Shown one piece after another: positions 42,208 to 50,727 of a stretch of DNA of 64,000 nucleotides. A program made the translations under genes and the position numbers. The DNA is from a virus: positions 1-64,000 of IMG/VR virus record IMGVR_UViG_3300009987_000001. One strand, written 5' to 3'. Below the pieces are notes generated by a model that searched no databases, had not been told where the DNA came from, and was given only the letters and a program-made list of their open reading frames with translations. Each line of letters starts with the position of its first letter. Positions within the stretch are counted from its first letter, which is position 1.

Positions 42208-42963
42208 TTGGCAAGAAGCAAAACAGTGAACAGTGAAGTGATCGTTCTGGACGACTGGCGGACCAGCTTCGTGCAGCTCGAGACACCGAAGGAAATCGAA
42301 GCCGGCAAGGATCCCCGTTTCGGTACGACTTTCATGGCCGACCTGAAGAACGAGAAGAACAAGCCTGGCGTCAAGGCGCTGCTGTTGCAGGCGCGCAAGA
42401 TCGCGCAGGAGGCTTTTGGCGTTGACTCGTTTGCCGTCCGGCAGAAAGAGTTCGAGCTCGGTCTGACCAAGAAAGCGCCGACCGGCAAGGACGACGTGAA
42501 GTTCAACTGCTTCTTCGACGGCGCCGAGCGCAAGGCGAAGCGGCCGGAGTGGGAGAACTATTGGATCCTGACCGCGCACAACACGGTCAAGGACTACGTG
42601 AAGACCGCAGCGAACAAGAGCCTGAGTCCTGCAGCGCTGGCAGCAGCCATTGCACGGCTCGAGGCGCAGTACCGCCCGGCCATCGCGAACCGGCAAGGCG
42701 TCATCATCGAGCCAGGCGATCCGCAGTACCCGTACTCAGGCTGCTTCGTCCGCGGCAAGGTGAACCTGTGGACCAGCGAGCACGAGAAGGGCGGCCGGCA
42801 GATCATCTGCAGCATCCGTTCGATGCAGTTCTTGCGGCCAGGCCCGGCGTTCGGCCGCGCGGCGATCGACCCCGACAAGGAGTTCGAGAAGCTCGAGGAC
42901 GACCCGGAAGCGGAAGAGGCGTTCGACGAGACTGCGGCATCCGAGAACTGGGACTTGGACTAA
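42208..42963 (+). CDS. DUF2815-like protein (putative ssDNA-binding)
   Basis: Position between the DUF2800-like nuclease and PolA, and the N-terminus VIVLDDWRTSFVQLETPK, fit the DUF2815 pattern as I recall it. Confidence 0.55.
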   Translation: MARSKTVNSEVIVLDDWRTSFVQLETPKEIEAGKDPRFGTTFMADLKNEKNKPGVKALLLQARKIAQEAFGVDSFAVRQKEFELGLTKKAPTGKDDVKFNCFFDGAERKAKRPEWENYWILTAHNTVKDYVKTAANKSLSPAALAAAIARLEAQYRPAIANRQGVIIEPGDPQYPYSGCFVRGKVNLWTSEHEKGGRQIICSIRSMQFLRPGPAFGRAAIDPDKEFEKLEDDPEAEEAFDETAASENWDLD

Positions 42964-42972
42964 CAGGAGGAC

Positions 42973-42998
42973 GGGGCAGCTACGGCTGCCCCTTTTCT
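42973..42998 (+). terminator. Rho-independent terminator
   Basis: GGGGCAGC-TACG-GCTGCCCC followed by TTTTCT, 10 nt after the 42208..42963 stop. Confidence 0.7.
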
Positions 42999-43166
42999 AT
43001 GAAGTGGCACGTACTAGTTTCTGTTGATGCAACGCTTCGAGTTGAAGTCGAAGCAGATAACTCGTTCGAGGCGAAGAAGCGCGCCGAAGACAAGATCAAA
43101 GCAGTGGATGTGTATGACGAATACGTCTCGGCATCCGAGGCCAAGCCATTGGAGGACGCACTATGA
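42999..43166 (+). CDS. Possible 55-aa protein
   Basis: MKWHVLVSVDATLRVEVEADNSFEAKKRAEDKIK... Its stop overlaps the next ATG (ATGA). No RBS, because the ATG abuts the terminator. Confidence 0.4.
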   Translation: MKWHVLVSVDATLRVEVEADNSFEAKKRAEDKIKAVDVYDEYVSASEAKPLEDAL

Positions 43167-43564
43167 AAATTCTCTGGGGTGATAAAGACGGCGGCAAGGA
43201 ATCACGTGTGTGGGTGTGGGGGATCGAGAGTAAGCACGTGGGTTCTGTCCTGCTGATGTTGTTCCGCGAAGGCTCGCGCGAGGCGTTCCATTCGCATGCG
43301 TTCAATGCCTTGTCGTGGGTACTGCGCGGCAAGCTGCGTGAGACGTTCTTCATTGCCGGCGCTGCGCCACGTATTCACGTGCCTAGCTGGAAGCCGATCA
43401 AGACATACCGCGAGACGTTCCATATGGTCGAAGGACTCGCGCCGCGCACCTTGGTGTTCTCGCTGCGCGGCCCTTGGGTGGATACGTGGCGTGAGTTTCT
43501 ACCTCGGTTAAAGCAGTTCGTTACACTGACGCACGGTCGCAAGGAGGTTTATGCGTTGTCTTAA
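43163..43564 (+). CDS. Conserved-looking hypothetical protein
   Basis: 133-aa ORF. VLLMLFREGSREAFHSHAFNALSWVLRG resembles a phage family I cannot name. Confidence 0.6.
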   Translation: MKILWGDKDGGKESRVWVWGIESKHVGSVLLMLFREGSREAFHSHAFNALSWVLRGKLRETFFIAGAAPRIHVPSWKPIKTYRETFHMVEGLAPRTLVFSLRGPWVDTWREFLPRLKQFVTLTHGRKEVYALS

Positions 43565-43709
43565 GCGCTGGTTTCACGAGTGGTCGAAATGGACGTTGTT
43601 TACAGAACGTCAGGTATTTGACGATGTTGGATATCCGATCTATGTTCGGCGAACCTATAAGCGTGAATGTGCTCACTGTGGCAGACCACAATTCAAGGAT
43701 TTCGCGTGA
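43551..43709 (+). CDS. 52-aa Trp/Cys-containing small protein
   Basis: AAGGAGG 3 nt upstream of ATG 43551. MRCLKRWFHEWSKWTLF...CAHCGRPQF. Below the track cutoff. Confidence 0.55.
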   Translation: MRCLKRWFHEWSKWTLFTERQVFDDVGYPIYVRRTYKRECAHCGRPQFKDFA

Positions 43710-43936
43710 AGCCTACTTCTTTTGCCGGACAGACAGTTGTGTTCGCGAAGCATCAACGTGAATACACCCCACTTCCAGCACACATAAGCAAGGACGGAGT
43801 TGCTACCTTCTGTTGGCAGCTCACTTGGCTCGAGCGAGTCCGACTGCTGATCACTGGTAAGTTGTGGCATCAAGTGCTGACGTTCAACTCGCCGCTACAG
43901 CCGCAGAAACTCACTACTCATAAACCGGAGTTGTAA
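43706..43936 (+). CDS. Hypothetical small protein
   Basis: GTG 43706 overlaps the previous stop (GTGA). VKPTSFAGQTVVFAKHQREYTPLP... The track ORF starts at 43667. Confidence 0.5.
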   Translation: MKPTSFAGQTVVFAKHQREYTPLPAHISKDGVATFCWQLTWLERVRLLITGKLWHQVLTFNSPLQPQKLTTHKPEL

Positions 43937-44106
43937 TGTTCACCATCGTTAGTGATGACGACGGACATCAGTATGTTATCCCGTGCGAAATGCGCGCCGA
44001 GTGGGATCAACTGATCAAGGACGGCGATGTCGACTTGCCTGCTTGGGCTGATCGCGTCGAGGGCGGCCTGACCTTCTCCGAATACAAGATAGGATGTGAT
44101 GTGTGA
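43936..44106 (+). CDS. 56-aa hypothetical protein
   Basis: TAATG overlap. MFTIVSDDDGHQYVIPCEMRAEWDQLIKDG... Below the track cutoff. Confidence 0.5.
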   Translation: MFTIVSDDDGHQYVIPCEMRAEWDQLIKDGDVDLPAWADRVEGGLTFSEYKIGCDV

Positions 44107-44305
44107 CGTGTCTTTATCTTGCTCTGTTGTTATGGGCATTGATTTGGGCACTAATGGATCTGGCAACTTTTCTCAAAGAATTAGTCAACGGAATAGGGCA
44201 GGTGATACATCATGAACTATCGAATGACGTGGACCGAGTTCCAAGAAGCCAAGTGCGCTGATCGCATCTTGCACGAACCAGGATCGAAGCAATTGAGGAG
44301 GCAAG

Positions 44306-44497
44306 CTGGAAGCGACTCTCAAGCATGCGCTGCGCTACGTCCGCGACAAGCAACCAACACTGCAGCAGTTCGCTTGGGACATGGGAGTGATCGGCAAGCC
44401 GTTGTGGCTGATGATGCGCGACGTCTACGTAAAATCCGACGCCACTGGGATCCTTACTCTTACCAAGGCTGGCTTGCAAGAAATCAATAAGCGATGA
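44306..44497 (+). CDS. Small protein coupled to PolA; either CTG-initiated or the +1-frame C-terminus of ORF 44212
   Basis: The frame ending in an ATGA overlap with the PolA ATG reads (L)EATLKHALRYVRDKQPTLQQFAWDMGVIGKPLWLMMRDVYVKSDATGILTLTKAGLQEINKR. GAGGAGG lies 4 nt upstream of CTG 44306. Track ORF 44212..44490 is in another frame downstream of 44296. Confidence 0.45.
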   Translation: MEATLKHALRYVRDKQPTLQQFAWDMGVIGKPLWLMMRDVYVKSDATGILTLTKAGLQEINKR

Positions 44498-46707
44498 CTG
44501 TACTTCACTTCGACATCGAAGGCTTCTCTCCGACCGACGTTAGGAAAGTCGGGGCGTACAAGTACGCGGAGGATCCGCTAACCCGGATCACTCTCGCGTG
44601 CTTTGCGTTCGATGACGAGCCGCTGATCGCTTGGGTGCCGACGATGTGGCTGACGCCAGAGCTCGAGTGGTATCTCGAGCAACACCTGGTGCCGCGCATG
44701 CAGGAGCGGTTCCCAGGATCAACGCTGGTCATGGGTGAGCTTCTAGACAGGATTCGGCAGCACATCGAGTCTGGCGGCGAGATCCGCGCGTTCAATGCGA
44801 ACTTCGAGCGTACGGTGTGCAACGCCAATGCAGGGCAGCTAATCAACTTCCCGCGCATTAAGATCCCGCAAGTCGTATGCGTGATGGCGAAGTGCGGTGC
44901 CAACGGCGTGCCGCAGAAGTTGGAGCACGCAGCAAAGGCGTTGGGTACGCACCCGAAGGACAAGGAAGGGCACAAGGACATGATGTACCTGGCTCGGCCG
45001 CGTCGTAACGGCACGCAGCCGTTGCCGGTTGAAGAGCCAGAGCGCTATGCAAACATGGTGCTCTACTGCATGGACGACGTGATGGCGGAGCGCGCTATCG
45101 ATCACGTGCTCGAGGACTTGAGTCCGTTCGAGCAGCAGTACGTGTATGCGCTCGATCAGCGCATGAACGACCGCGGTTGGGCAATCGACCTGGAGTCGAT
45201 CGACAACATCGAAGAAGTCATCCGGCAATTCAAAGTCGAGATGTCCGACCGCTGCGTCAGCAAGACCGGGCTGAAGCCGACGCAAGTCATCAAGTTGCGT
45301 GAATGGGTGACCGCGCAAGGCTACCCGATCACCGACATGAGGGCGGTCACGGTTGCCGGCGCCGTTGCCGACAAGTCCTGTCCCGAGCACGTCAAGGAGA
45401 TCTTGGGGCTGTACTCGACATACAACATGAAGGCGGTGAGCAAGTACGCCTCCATGCGGCGTTGCGTCTGTGCGGACGGCCGGGTGCGCGGCATGTTCGT
45501 CTACTGGGGCGCCGGCCCTGGTCGCTGGACAGCGCGCCTGGTGCAGCTGCAGAACCTGATGCGCCCCCTGATCAAGGATGCCGAGACGGCAGTCGAGGCG
45601 TTCCGGGCGCGGGACCTGGGTTGGATCAGGGACCTGTACTCAGGCTTCTATCCGGACGGCACGCGCCGGCCGAACCCTATGCTCGTGGCGTCGAGCTGCG
45701 TGCGCAGCTGCCTGGTAGCGGGCCCTGGCCACGATCTCGTCTTCCCGGACTTCTCCGGCGTGGAGGCGCGCGGCGTGGCGTTCTTGTTCGATGACGAAGA
45801 CGACCTGGAGGTGTTCCGTCGGCAGGACGCCAAGACGGGCCCGGACGCCTACCGAATCGTCGCATCGGAGATCACCGGCGAACCGCCCGAGAAGATCGAC
45901 GGGTTCTGGCGACAGATCGGCAAGGTTGTGAAGCTCTCCCTGGGCGCATACCAGGGCGCTGCAGGCGCGTTCAAGAACATGGTGCCGAACTACAAGATCG
46001 ACCTGGACGCGATGACTGAGGCGCTTTGGCCGCGGTTAAAACCGGATGTCCTAGCCGAGGCGCAGGAGAGCTGGTTGAACGCGGTGCATGACCGGCGAAC
46101 GGTTGGCCTGACCGAACGCGTGTATATGGCGTGCGACTCGCTCAAGGTCATCATGCGGCGCCGCATCCCGAAGATCGTCAACGGCTGGTACACCATGGAA
46201 CGCCTGGCGATCGAAGCCGTAGAGAAGCCAGGCACGGTCACGCGACTCGAGTCCGGCAAGGCAATGTTCAAGGTGGAAGGCACCTGGCCGCACCAGTGGC
46301 TCGTGATGCGTTTGCCCAGCGGTCGACGCATCAAGTACTATCAGCCACAAGTTCGCACGACGGTTCGCAAATTCCGTAACGGCGAGAAGCGCGAATCAAA
46401 GAAGCTGGTGTACATGGGAGTGGACACCAAGACTCGCCGCTGGGGGAAGACCAGTACCTACGGCGGAAAATTAACGCAGAATTGGAACGAAGGGCATTGC
46501 AGAGATCTGCTCGTTGCGGCAAAGTTGCGACTGGAAAAGGCAGGGTACCTGCCGGTCGGCACAATCCACGATGAGCCGATCACTGAAATAGAGGTAGGCC
46601 GGGGCTCTTGGGAAGAAGCCAAAGAGCTCATGTTACAGGTCCCAGCGTTCTCACGCGGGATGCCTATCGCAGTTGAAGGCCGTAGATCCAAGAGGTACGG
46701 CAAATGA
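44494..46707 (+). CDS. Family A DNA polymerase with 3'-5' exonuclease domain
   Basis: Exo I LHFDIEGFS. Motif B-like RQIGKVVKLSLGAYQG. Motif C GTIHDEPITE. 737 aa. Confidence 0.85.
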   Translation: MTVLHFDIEGFSPTDVRKVGAYKYAEDPLTRITLACFAFDDEPLIAWVPTMWLTPELEWYLEQHLVPRMQERFPGSTLVMGELLDRIRQHIESGGEIRAFNANFERTVCNANAGQLINFPRIKIPQVVCVMAKCGANGVPQKLEHAAKALGTHPKDKEGHKDMMYLARPRRNGTQPLPVEEPERYANMVLYCMDDVMAERAIDHVLEDLSPFEQQYVYALDQRMNDRGWAIDLESIDNIEEVIRQFKVEMSDRCVSKTGLKPTQVIKLREWVTAQGYPITDMRAVTVAGAVADKSCPEHVKEILGLYSTYNMKAVSKYASMRRCVCADGRVRGMFVYWGAGPGRWTARLVQLQNLMRPLIKDAETAVEAFRARDLGWIRDLYSGFYPDGTRRPNPMLVASSCVRSCLVAGPGHDLVFPDFSGVEARGVAFLFDDEDDLEVFRRQDAKTGPDAYRIVASEITGEPPEKIDGFWRQIGKVVKLSLGAYQGAAGAFKNMVPNYKIDLDAMTEALWPRLKPDVLAEAQESWLNAVHDRRTVGLTERVYMACDSLKVIMRRRIPKIVNGWYTMERLAIEAVEKPGTVTRLESGKAMFKVEGTWPHQWLVMRLPSGRRIKYYQPQVRTTVRKFRNGEKRESKKLVYMGVDTKTRRWGKTSTYGGKLTQNWNEGHCRDLLVAAKLRLEKAGYLPVGTIHDEPITEIEVGRGSWEEAKELMLQVPAFSRGMPIAVEGRRSKRYGK

Positions 46708-47192
46708 AATCCCCTGATCACTATCAGTCCAGCACGTATGGACCAATCCCGCTCAGCCTGAAAGGGCGCGAGCTCCTATCCAAGTTGCGCGACGTCATTC
46801 ACGAACTCGTGCAGGAGGGACGCAGCAAGGTCAAGTTCGACGAGAAAAAAGCATGGGAACCGGTGTCCGAGCAGCGCGGCAACATCGCCAAGTACATGAG
46901 CGAGCTCGAAGCTAAGGTCACGCAAGCCGAGATGGAGAAGAACGGCGTGATCCACGACTACCAGGAACAAGGTAAGGAGCTGCGTGCAGCACTTTCCAAG
47001 GTTCGTGAGCTCGAAGGTAAAGTACGCGCAGTGGGCGCAGAGCGCGACACCACGCAACGTATGCTGAAGACACAGGAAGAGAACACGCGTTACTGGCAGA
47101 ACATCTACAACGCGCGGCCAGTCGGGACGCGGCTGATTGACGCCAGCGTGCGCGAGCTCTTCGAACAACTGGCAAAGAAGTTCCACGGATGA
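46704..47192 (+). CDS. Coiled-coil hypothetical protein
   Basis: ATGA overlap with PolA. 162 aa, charged and heptad-like. Confidence 0.6.
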   Translation: MKSPDHYQSSTYGPIPLSLKGRELLSKLRDVIHELVQEGRSKVKFDEKKAWEPVSEQRGNIAKYMSELEAKVTQAEMEKNGVIHDYQEQGKELRAALSKVRELEGKVRAVGAERDTTQRMLKTQEENTRYWQNIYNARPVGTRLIDASVRELFEQLAKKFHG

Positions 47193-47704
47193 AGATCCTT
47201 CACGGCCGAGATACTGCCATTAAAGTGTTCATTTACCCGAACGAGTTCTATTGCCTGGAGAACTTCTCGGCATTCAAGATCTACTGGCAAGGCATCCTTT
47301 TCGCCACCAGCGAGCAGGCATACCAATGGGAGAAATTCCCAAAACAGGACGTCGTGCGTGAGCAGATCATCAACGCGATGTCGGCACACCAAGCGTTCAA
47401 AATTGCGCAAGAGAATGATCATTTGCGCGATCCAAACTGGTTGCAACGTCGCGTGCCGGTCATGCGCGACATCTTGGCGGCGAAGCTGCGGCAGCACGAG
47501 TATGTTCGCCGCAAGCTTTTCGAGACGGGCGATCGGCTGATCGTCGAGGACTCCTGGCGTGACGACTTCTGGGGCGCTGGCGCAGACGGCACGGGACAGA
47601 ACATGCTCGGTCGACTCTGGATGCAACATCGCGAGTTGTTGCAAAAGAAGCCAGACGCGTTCGGTACGCTCGACTCAGTGTCGGAGGTGAGCAGTGGCAG
47701 ATAA
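47189..47704 (+). CDS. NADAR (YbiA/DUF1768) family protein
   Basis: LENFSAF...ATSEQAYQWEKF...RDILAAKLRQHEYVRRKLFETGDRLIVE...DDFWGAG.DGTGQNMLGRLWM aligns by eye with E. coli YbiA blocks. Confidence 0.8.
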   Translation: MKILHGRDTAIKVFIYPNEFYCLENFSAFKIYWQGILFATSEQAYQWEKFPKQDVVREQIINAMSAHQAFKIAQENDHLRDPNWLQRRVPVMRDILAAKLRQHEYVRRKLFETGDRLIVEDSWRDDFWGAGADGTGQNMLGRLWMQHRELLQKKPDAFGTLDSVSEVSSGR

Positions 47705-47915
47705 GCGACTGGAACGACTGCAGACTGTCTTCGATAGGATCATTGCACAATGCAAAGCCGATGAGGACAACCTTGACATGTACGTAGATCAAGTCGACGC
47801 AATGCTAGACGGGTTGCTGTCTGACGATGCCTTCGGCACTGAAGGACAGACCGACCCGCGCGGCGATCAGCGCAACGCGGGTAGTTTCTCGATCGATAAG
47901 AGGATCGAGGCTTGA
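47694..47915 (+). CDS. Hypothetical small acidic protein
   Basis: 73-aa ORF with a GTG start and an 11-nt overlap with the NADAR gene. Confidence 0.5.
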   Translation: MADKRLERLQTVFDRIIAQCKADEDNLDMYVDQVDAMLDGLLSDDAFGTEGQTDPRGDQRNAGSFSIDKRIEA

Positions 47916-48352
47916 GGTACGTACTCGGCTTTGCGTTCAACATGCGCGGCTATGTCGCGCTGATCAAGAAGTCCAAGCCGGACTGGCAAGCAGGTCGTTG
48001 GAACGGCATTGGTGGGAAGGTCGAACCGACTGACGCTTCCGACGCTGCAGCGATGGCTCGCGAGTTCGAGGAAGAGACTGGTGTTTGGATCGAGCCTGCT
48101 CAGTGGCGACGCGTCGGCACGATGGCCAACCCTCAAGAAGGTTGGGCCGTGGAAGTGTTCACGGCGGTGGATCCTCACGTGAGTGATGTCGACACCATGG
48201 AAGAAGAGGAAGTAAAGTTGTGGCATCCGGATGCGTTCATGTACTATTCGAATCGTAGTAGAGTCATGAACAACGTGCCGGCGCTGATCCAACTGTGCCA
48301 GATCGAGCCGGAGCGACACGGCGTACCGAAGTTCGCGCTGGTGTATCAATGA
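47912..48352 (+). CDS. Nudix hydrolase
   Basis: Nudix box GIGGKVEPTDASDAAAMAREFEEETGV (Gx5Ex7REUxEExGU). TTGA overlap start. Confidence 0.8.
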   Translation: MRYVLGFAFNMRGYVALIKKSKPDWQAGRWNGIGGKVEPTDASDAAAMAREFEEETGVWIEPAQWRRVGTMANPQEGWAVEVFTAVDPHVSDVDTMEEEEVKLWHPDAFMYYSNRSRVMNNVPALIQLCQIEPERHGVPKFALVYQ

Positions 48353-48546
48353 TCATCGAACGTCGGAGTTTCGTTTCTGGTCAGTTGCGTAGTCGCGAGA
48401 TCAACGTGACACCGGAACAGCTGCGGCGGTGGCAGAACGGCGAGTTGATCCAGCGAGCGATGCCACATTTGAGTGCTGATGATCGCGAGTTCATCATGAC
48501 AGGCGTCACGCCGGAGGAATGGAATGAAGCAGTCCCGGACGAGTGA
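48349..48546 (+). CDS. Hypothetical small protein
   Basis: MIIERRSFVSGQ... with an ATGA overlap with the Nudix stop. The track ORF starts at 48295. Confidence 0.55.
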   Translation: MIIERRSFVSGQLRSREINVTPEQLRRWQNGELIQRAMPHLSADDREFIMTGVTPEEWNEAVPDE

Positions 48547-48676
48547 GCGAGATCGTCAATTGAGGATCGAGGAGTGGGCACGTCGACACGGAGTGCGAAT
48601 TGTTAGTCTCGTGCCTTTAAAGCGAAACGTGCCAGAGATGGTGACAGAACGAAACGCCGACAAACGAACGAGTTAG
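48524..48676 (+). CDS. Possible 50-aa basic protein
   Basis: MKQSRTSERDRQLRIEEWARRHGVRIVSLVPLKRNVPEM... It fills the gap before VRR-NUC. Below the track cutoff. Confidence 0.35.
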   Translation: MKQSRTSERDRQLRIEEWARRHGVRIVSLVPLKRNVPEMVTERNADKRTS

Positions 48677-48711
48677 CAGATGCCTTCGATCACGACGTTG
48701 CGCTGCCGCGA

Positions 48712-48999
48712 GTGCAGCGGAACCTCGAGTCGAAAGTCGAAGGATGGTGTGTTGGGTGGGCGAGGCGTCGAGGATGGTATGTCCGCAAGTACGCCTCGCC
48801 AGGGAAACGAAGCGCGCCGGATCGGATCTTTGCAAAGAACGGTCTGGTGATCTTTGTAGAGTTCAAGCGCAAGGGTCAGAAGCCAACTGATAAACAGCTC
48901 GACGAGCACAAGGTGATGCGAGCTGCAGGGTTGACGGTTCTAGTGTTTGACAATCGCGACGATTTCGTCGCGTATTTTGAGAGTATTGAGGAGTGGTGA
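48712..48999 (+). CDS. VRR-NUC domain nuclease
   Basis: ESKVEGWCVGWARRRGWYVRK...GKRSAPDRIF...VIFVEFKRKGQKPTDKQ fits the VRR-NUC D...E.K core. Confidence 0.65.
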   Translation: MQRNLESKVEGWCVGWARRRGWYVRKYASPGKRSAPDRIFAKNGLVIFVEFKRKGQKPTDKQLDEHKVMRAAGLTVLVFDNRDDFVAYFESIEEW

Positions 49000-49001
49000 A
49001 C

Positions 49002-49205
49002 ATGCCGAAAGCAAAAGCAAAGACGATTTCGAAGGGTGAGTCACTGGTCGCAGCGCTGACTCATCTGGCGGCCAACCTGGGCGTGAACCAGGAGGACGAG
49101 GTGAAGACGGCCAGCGGCGCGTTGGCCCGCTACGTGCGCAAGCTCGAGAAGGAACTGGTCGAGCGCGGCGTCGCGATCAAGCAGGTCAAGGTCAAAGTCG
49201 AGTGA
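49002..49205 (+). CDS. Hypothetical small protein
   Basis: ATG 49002 lies 8 nt after GAGGAG. The track starts at GTG 48993. Confidence 0.5.
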   Translation: MPKAKAKTISKGESLVAALTHLAANLGVNQEDEVKTASGALARYVRKLEKELVERGVAIKQVKVKVE

Positions 49206-49720
49206 AGCTCGACGTTGCCGCAGCCTACCGGCAATTCGAAGGATGGCAATCTGCCATCCTTCGAGCCGAGAATAGGATGGAGCGTTGGCTAGGTAACGCG
49301 ATCGTGGCAGGGGGCGCTGTTCGCGATACGTTGCTCGGACGTCCAGTGAAGGACATCGACGTTTTCCATGATCTAGTACTGCAGAACACGAACGATCTCG
49401 AACGTGTGCTGCCACGCACGGAAGCCGAAGAGATCGAGCATCGCTACGATTCTAAGAGCGTGTGGAACTTGCCGTCGTTGAACATCGACTTCATCTATGT
49501 CGGTAGCTTCGTAGTGGATGGCGACTTCAGTGACTACATTCACGAGCACTTCCGCTGCAACTTGTCGAAGGTGTGGTACGACGCCGGCACGCTGCACTTC
49601 AGTCCTGAGTTCATTCGAGCAGTAGCGACACAGACATTGGAGTTCCGTACCGGCACGGCGCAGGACTACATCGACAAGATCTGCGCGAAGTACCCCGAGT
49701 TTGGCGTCGAGATCGTCTAG
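49202..49720 (+). CDS. Head-domain-only class II (CCA-adding / poly(A) polymerase type) nucleotidyltransferase
   Basis: AIVAGGAVRDTLLGRPVKDIDVF matches the GGxVRDxLLGxxxxDxD motif. FRCNLSKVWYD resembles a degenerate RRDxTINA block. At 172 aa it has no body or tail domains. Confidence 0.65.
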   Translation: MKLDVAAAYRQFEGWQSAILRAENRMERWLGNAIVAGGAVRDTLLGRPVKDIDVFHDLVLQNTNDLERVLPRTEAEEIEHRYDSKSVWNLPSLNIDFIYVGSFVVDGDFSDYIHEHFRCNLSKVWYDAGTLHFSPEFIRAVATQTLEFRTGTAQDYIDKICAKYPEFGVEIV

Positions 49721-50174
49721 TTCAAAGTCTCGGCAGACCATTGCCGAGACTTTCTTCCAGCACACCAAGCGCGACAAGAAGACGGGTTGCTGGATCTGGC
49801 AGCGAGCACTGCAAGGTAAAGAGGTAGCGAAAGGAGGTGGTTATCCGAGTCTCAAAGTCAACGGCAAGGTCGTCCCAGGACACCGCTACGCCTGGTATCT
49901 GTGGCATGGCCGGAAGGTGCCAAAGAATCTGCAGATCTTGCATCAGTGCCATAACACGAAATGCGTTAACCCGGTTCACATGCGCCTCGGCAAGAACGAG
50001 CGCAACCAGCGTGAAGCAGCAGAAGCAGGTCGGCGCGCGAAGAAGTTGAGTGAAGGAGCCGTGCGATCGATTCGCAAATACGGTGGCAGCGCAAGAATGC
50101 TTGCGTTGTTTTGGGAAGTGAGCGTCTCGACGATCCAAGATGTCTTGGCTCGCAGAACTTGGAGGCATATCTAA
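49701..50174 (+). CDS. HNH endonuclease
   Basis: GCWIWQ...GYPSLKVNGK...HRYAWYLWHG...LHQCHNTKCVNPVHMRLG..NERNQ. Confidence 0.75.
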   Translation: MASRSSSSKSRQTIAETFFQHTKRDKKTGCWIWQRALQGKEVAKGGGYPSLKVNGKVVPGHRYAWYLWHGRKVPKNLQILHQCHNTKCVNPVHMRLGKNERNQREAAEAGRRAKKLSEGAVRSIRKYGGSARMLALFWEVSVSTIQDVLARRTWRHI

Positions 50175-50521
50175 TGCACGGCAAGGCACTTCTGGTCATT
50201 GAACGGATCGAGAGTTGGCGCGGTCCGAAGGTCTTCAATTTCGATGTCAACGCGATCATTTTCACCTGCAGTGTACCTGGCATGGGTTGGCAGGCGCGCG
50301 AAGACATCGAAGGCTTGCTAGAGTTCGACACGTGGCAGGCACCGGACGCAGCATACAAGCTCGAAGTCGGCGAAAAGATCTGGGTGAAAGTGACGTACGA
50401 AATCGACTGCCACAAAGACTACTGGGGTGAAGTTGACTGCAACATCGAGTACTTCAAACAGAAGGTCATTCGCCGGCGCAAGCCATCGAAGGATCGTTAC
50501 ATCAGCAAGGCGGACAGATGA
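50174..50521 (+). CDS. Hypothetical protein
   Basis: MHGKALLVIERIESW... with a TAATG overlap with the HNH stop. The track ORF starts at 50111. Confidence 0.55.
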   Translation: MHGKALLVIERIESWRGPKVFNFDVNAIIFTCSVPGMGWQAREDIEGLLEFDTWQAPDAAYKLEVGEKIWVKVTYEIDCHKDYWGEVDCNIEYFKQKVIRRRKPSKDRYISKADR

Positions 50522-50727
50522 TAACCCTGAATGAAGATAGCGGCCCGGCCGACGCAAGGCACTGGCAAATTAAAGAACCCTGGGGCGGAGTACTTCGTTT
50601 GAGACTGGTGAACGACGCAGAGACTTTCTACTCAGAGCAAATCAGCATCGAAAGGACAGGAGCCGAACGCTTCGTAATCAGGGTCGGTCAAGAAGTGGTG
50701 TACGACAACCATGCTTGTCCGATCTGA
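50518..50727 (+). CDS. Hypothetical small protein
   Basis: ATGA overlap. 69 aa. Confidence 0.5.
   Translation: MITLNEDSGPADARHWQIKEPWGGVLRLRLVNDAETFYSEQISIERTGAERFVIRVGQEVVYDNHACPI

Noticed and set aside
44210-44479. 89-aa minus-strand ORF opposite the two-frame gene before PolA
   Set aside because: It is antiparallel to the operon and has no RBS. The + strand frames show RBS and ATGA coupling.
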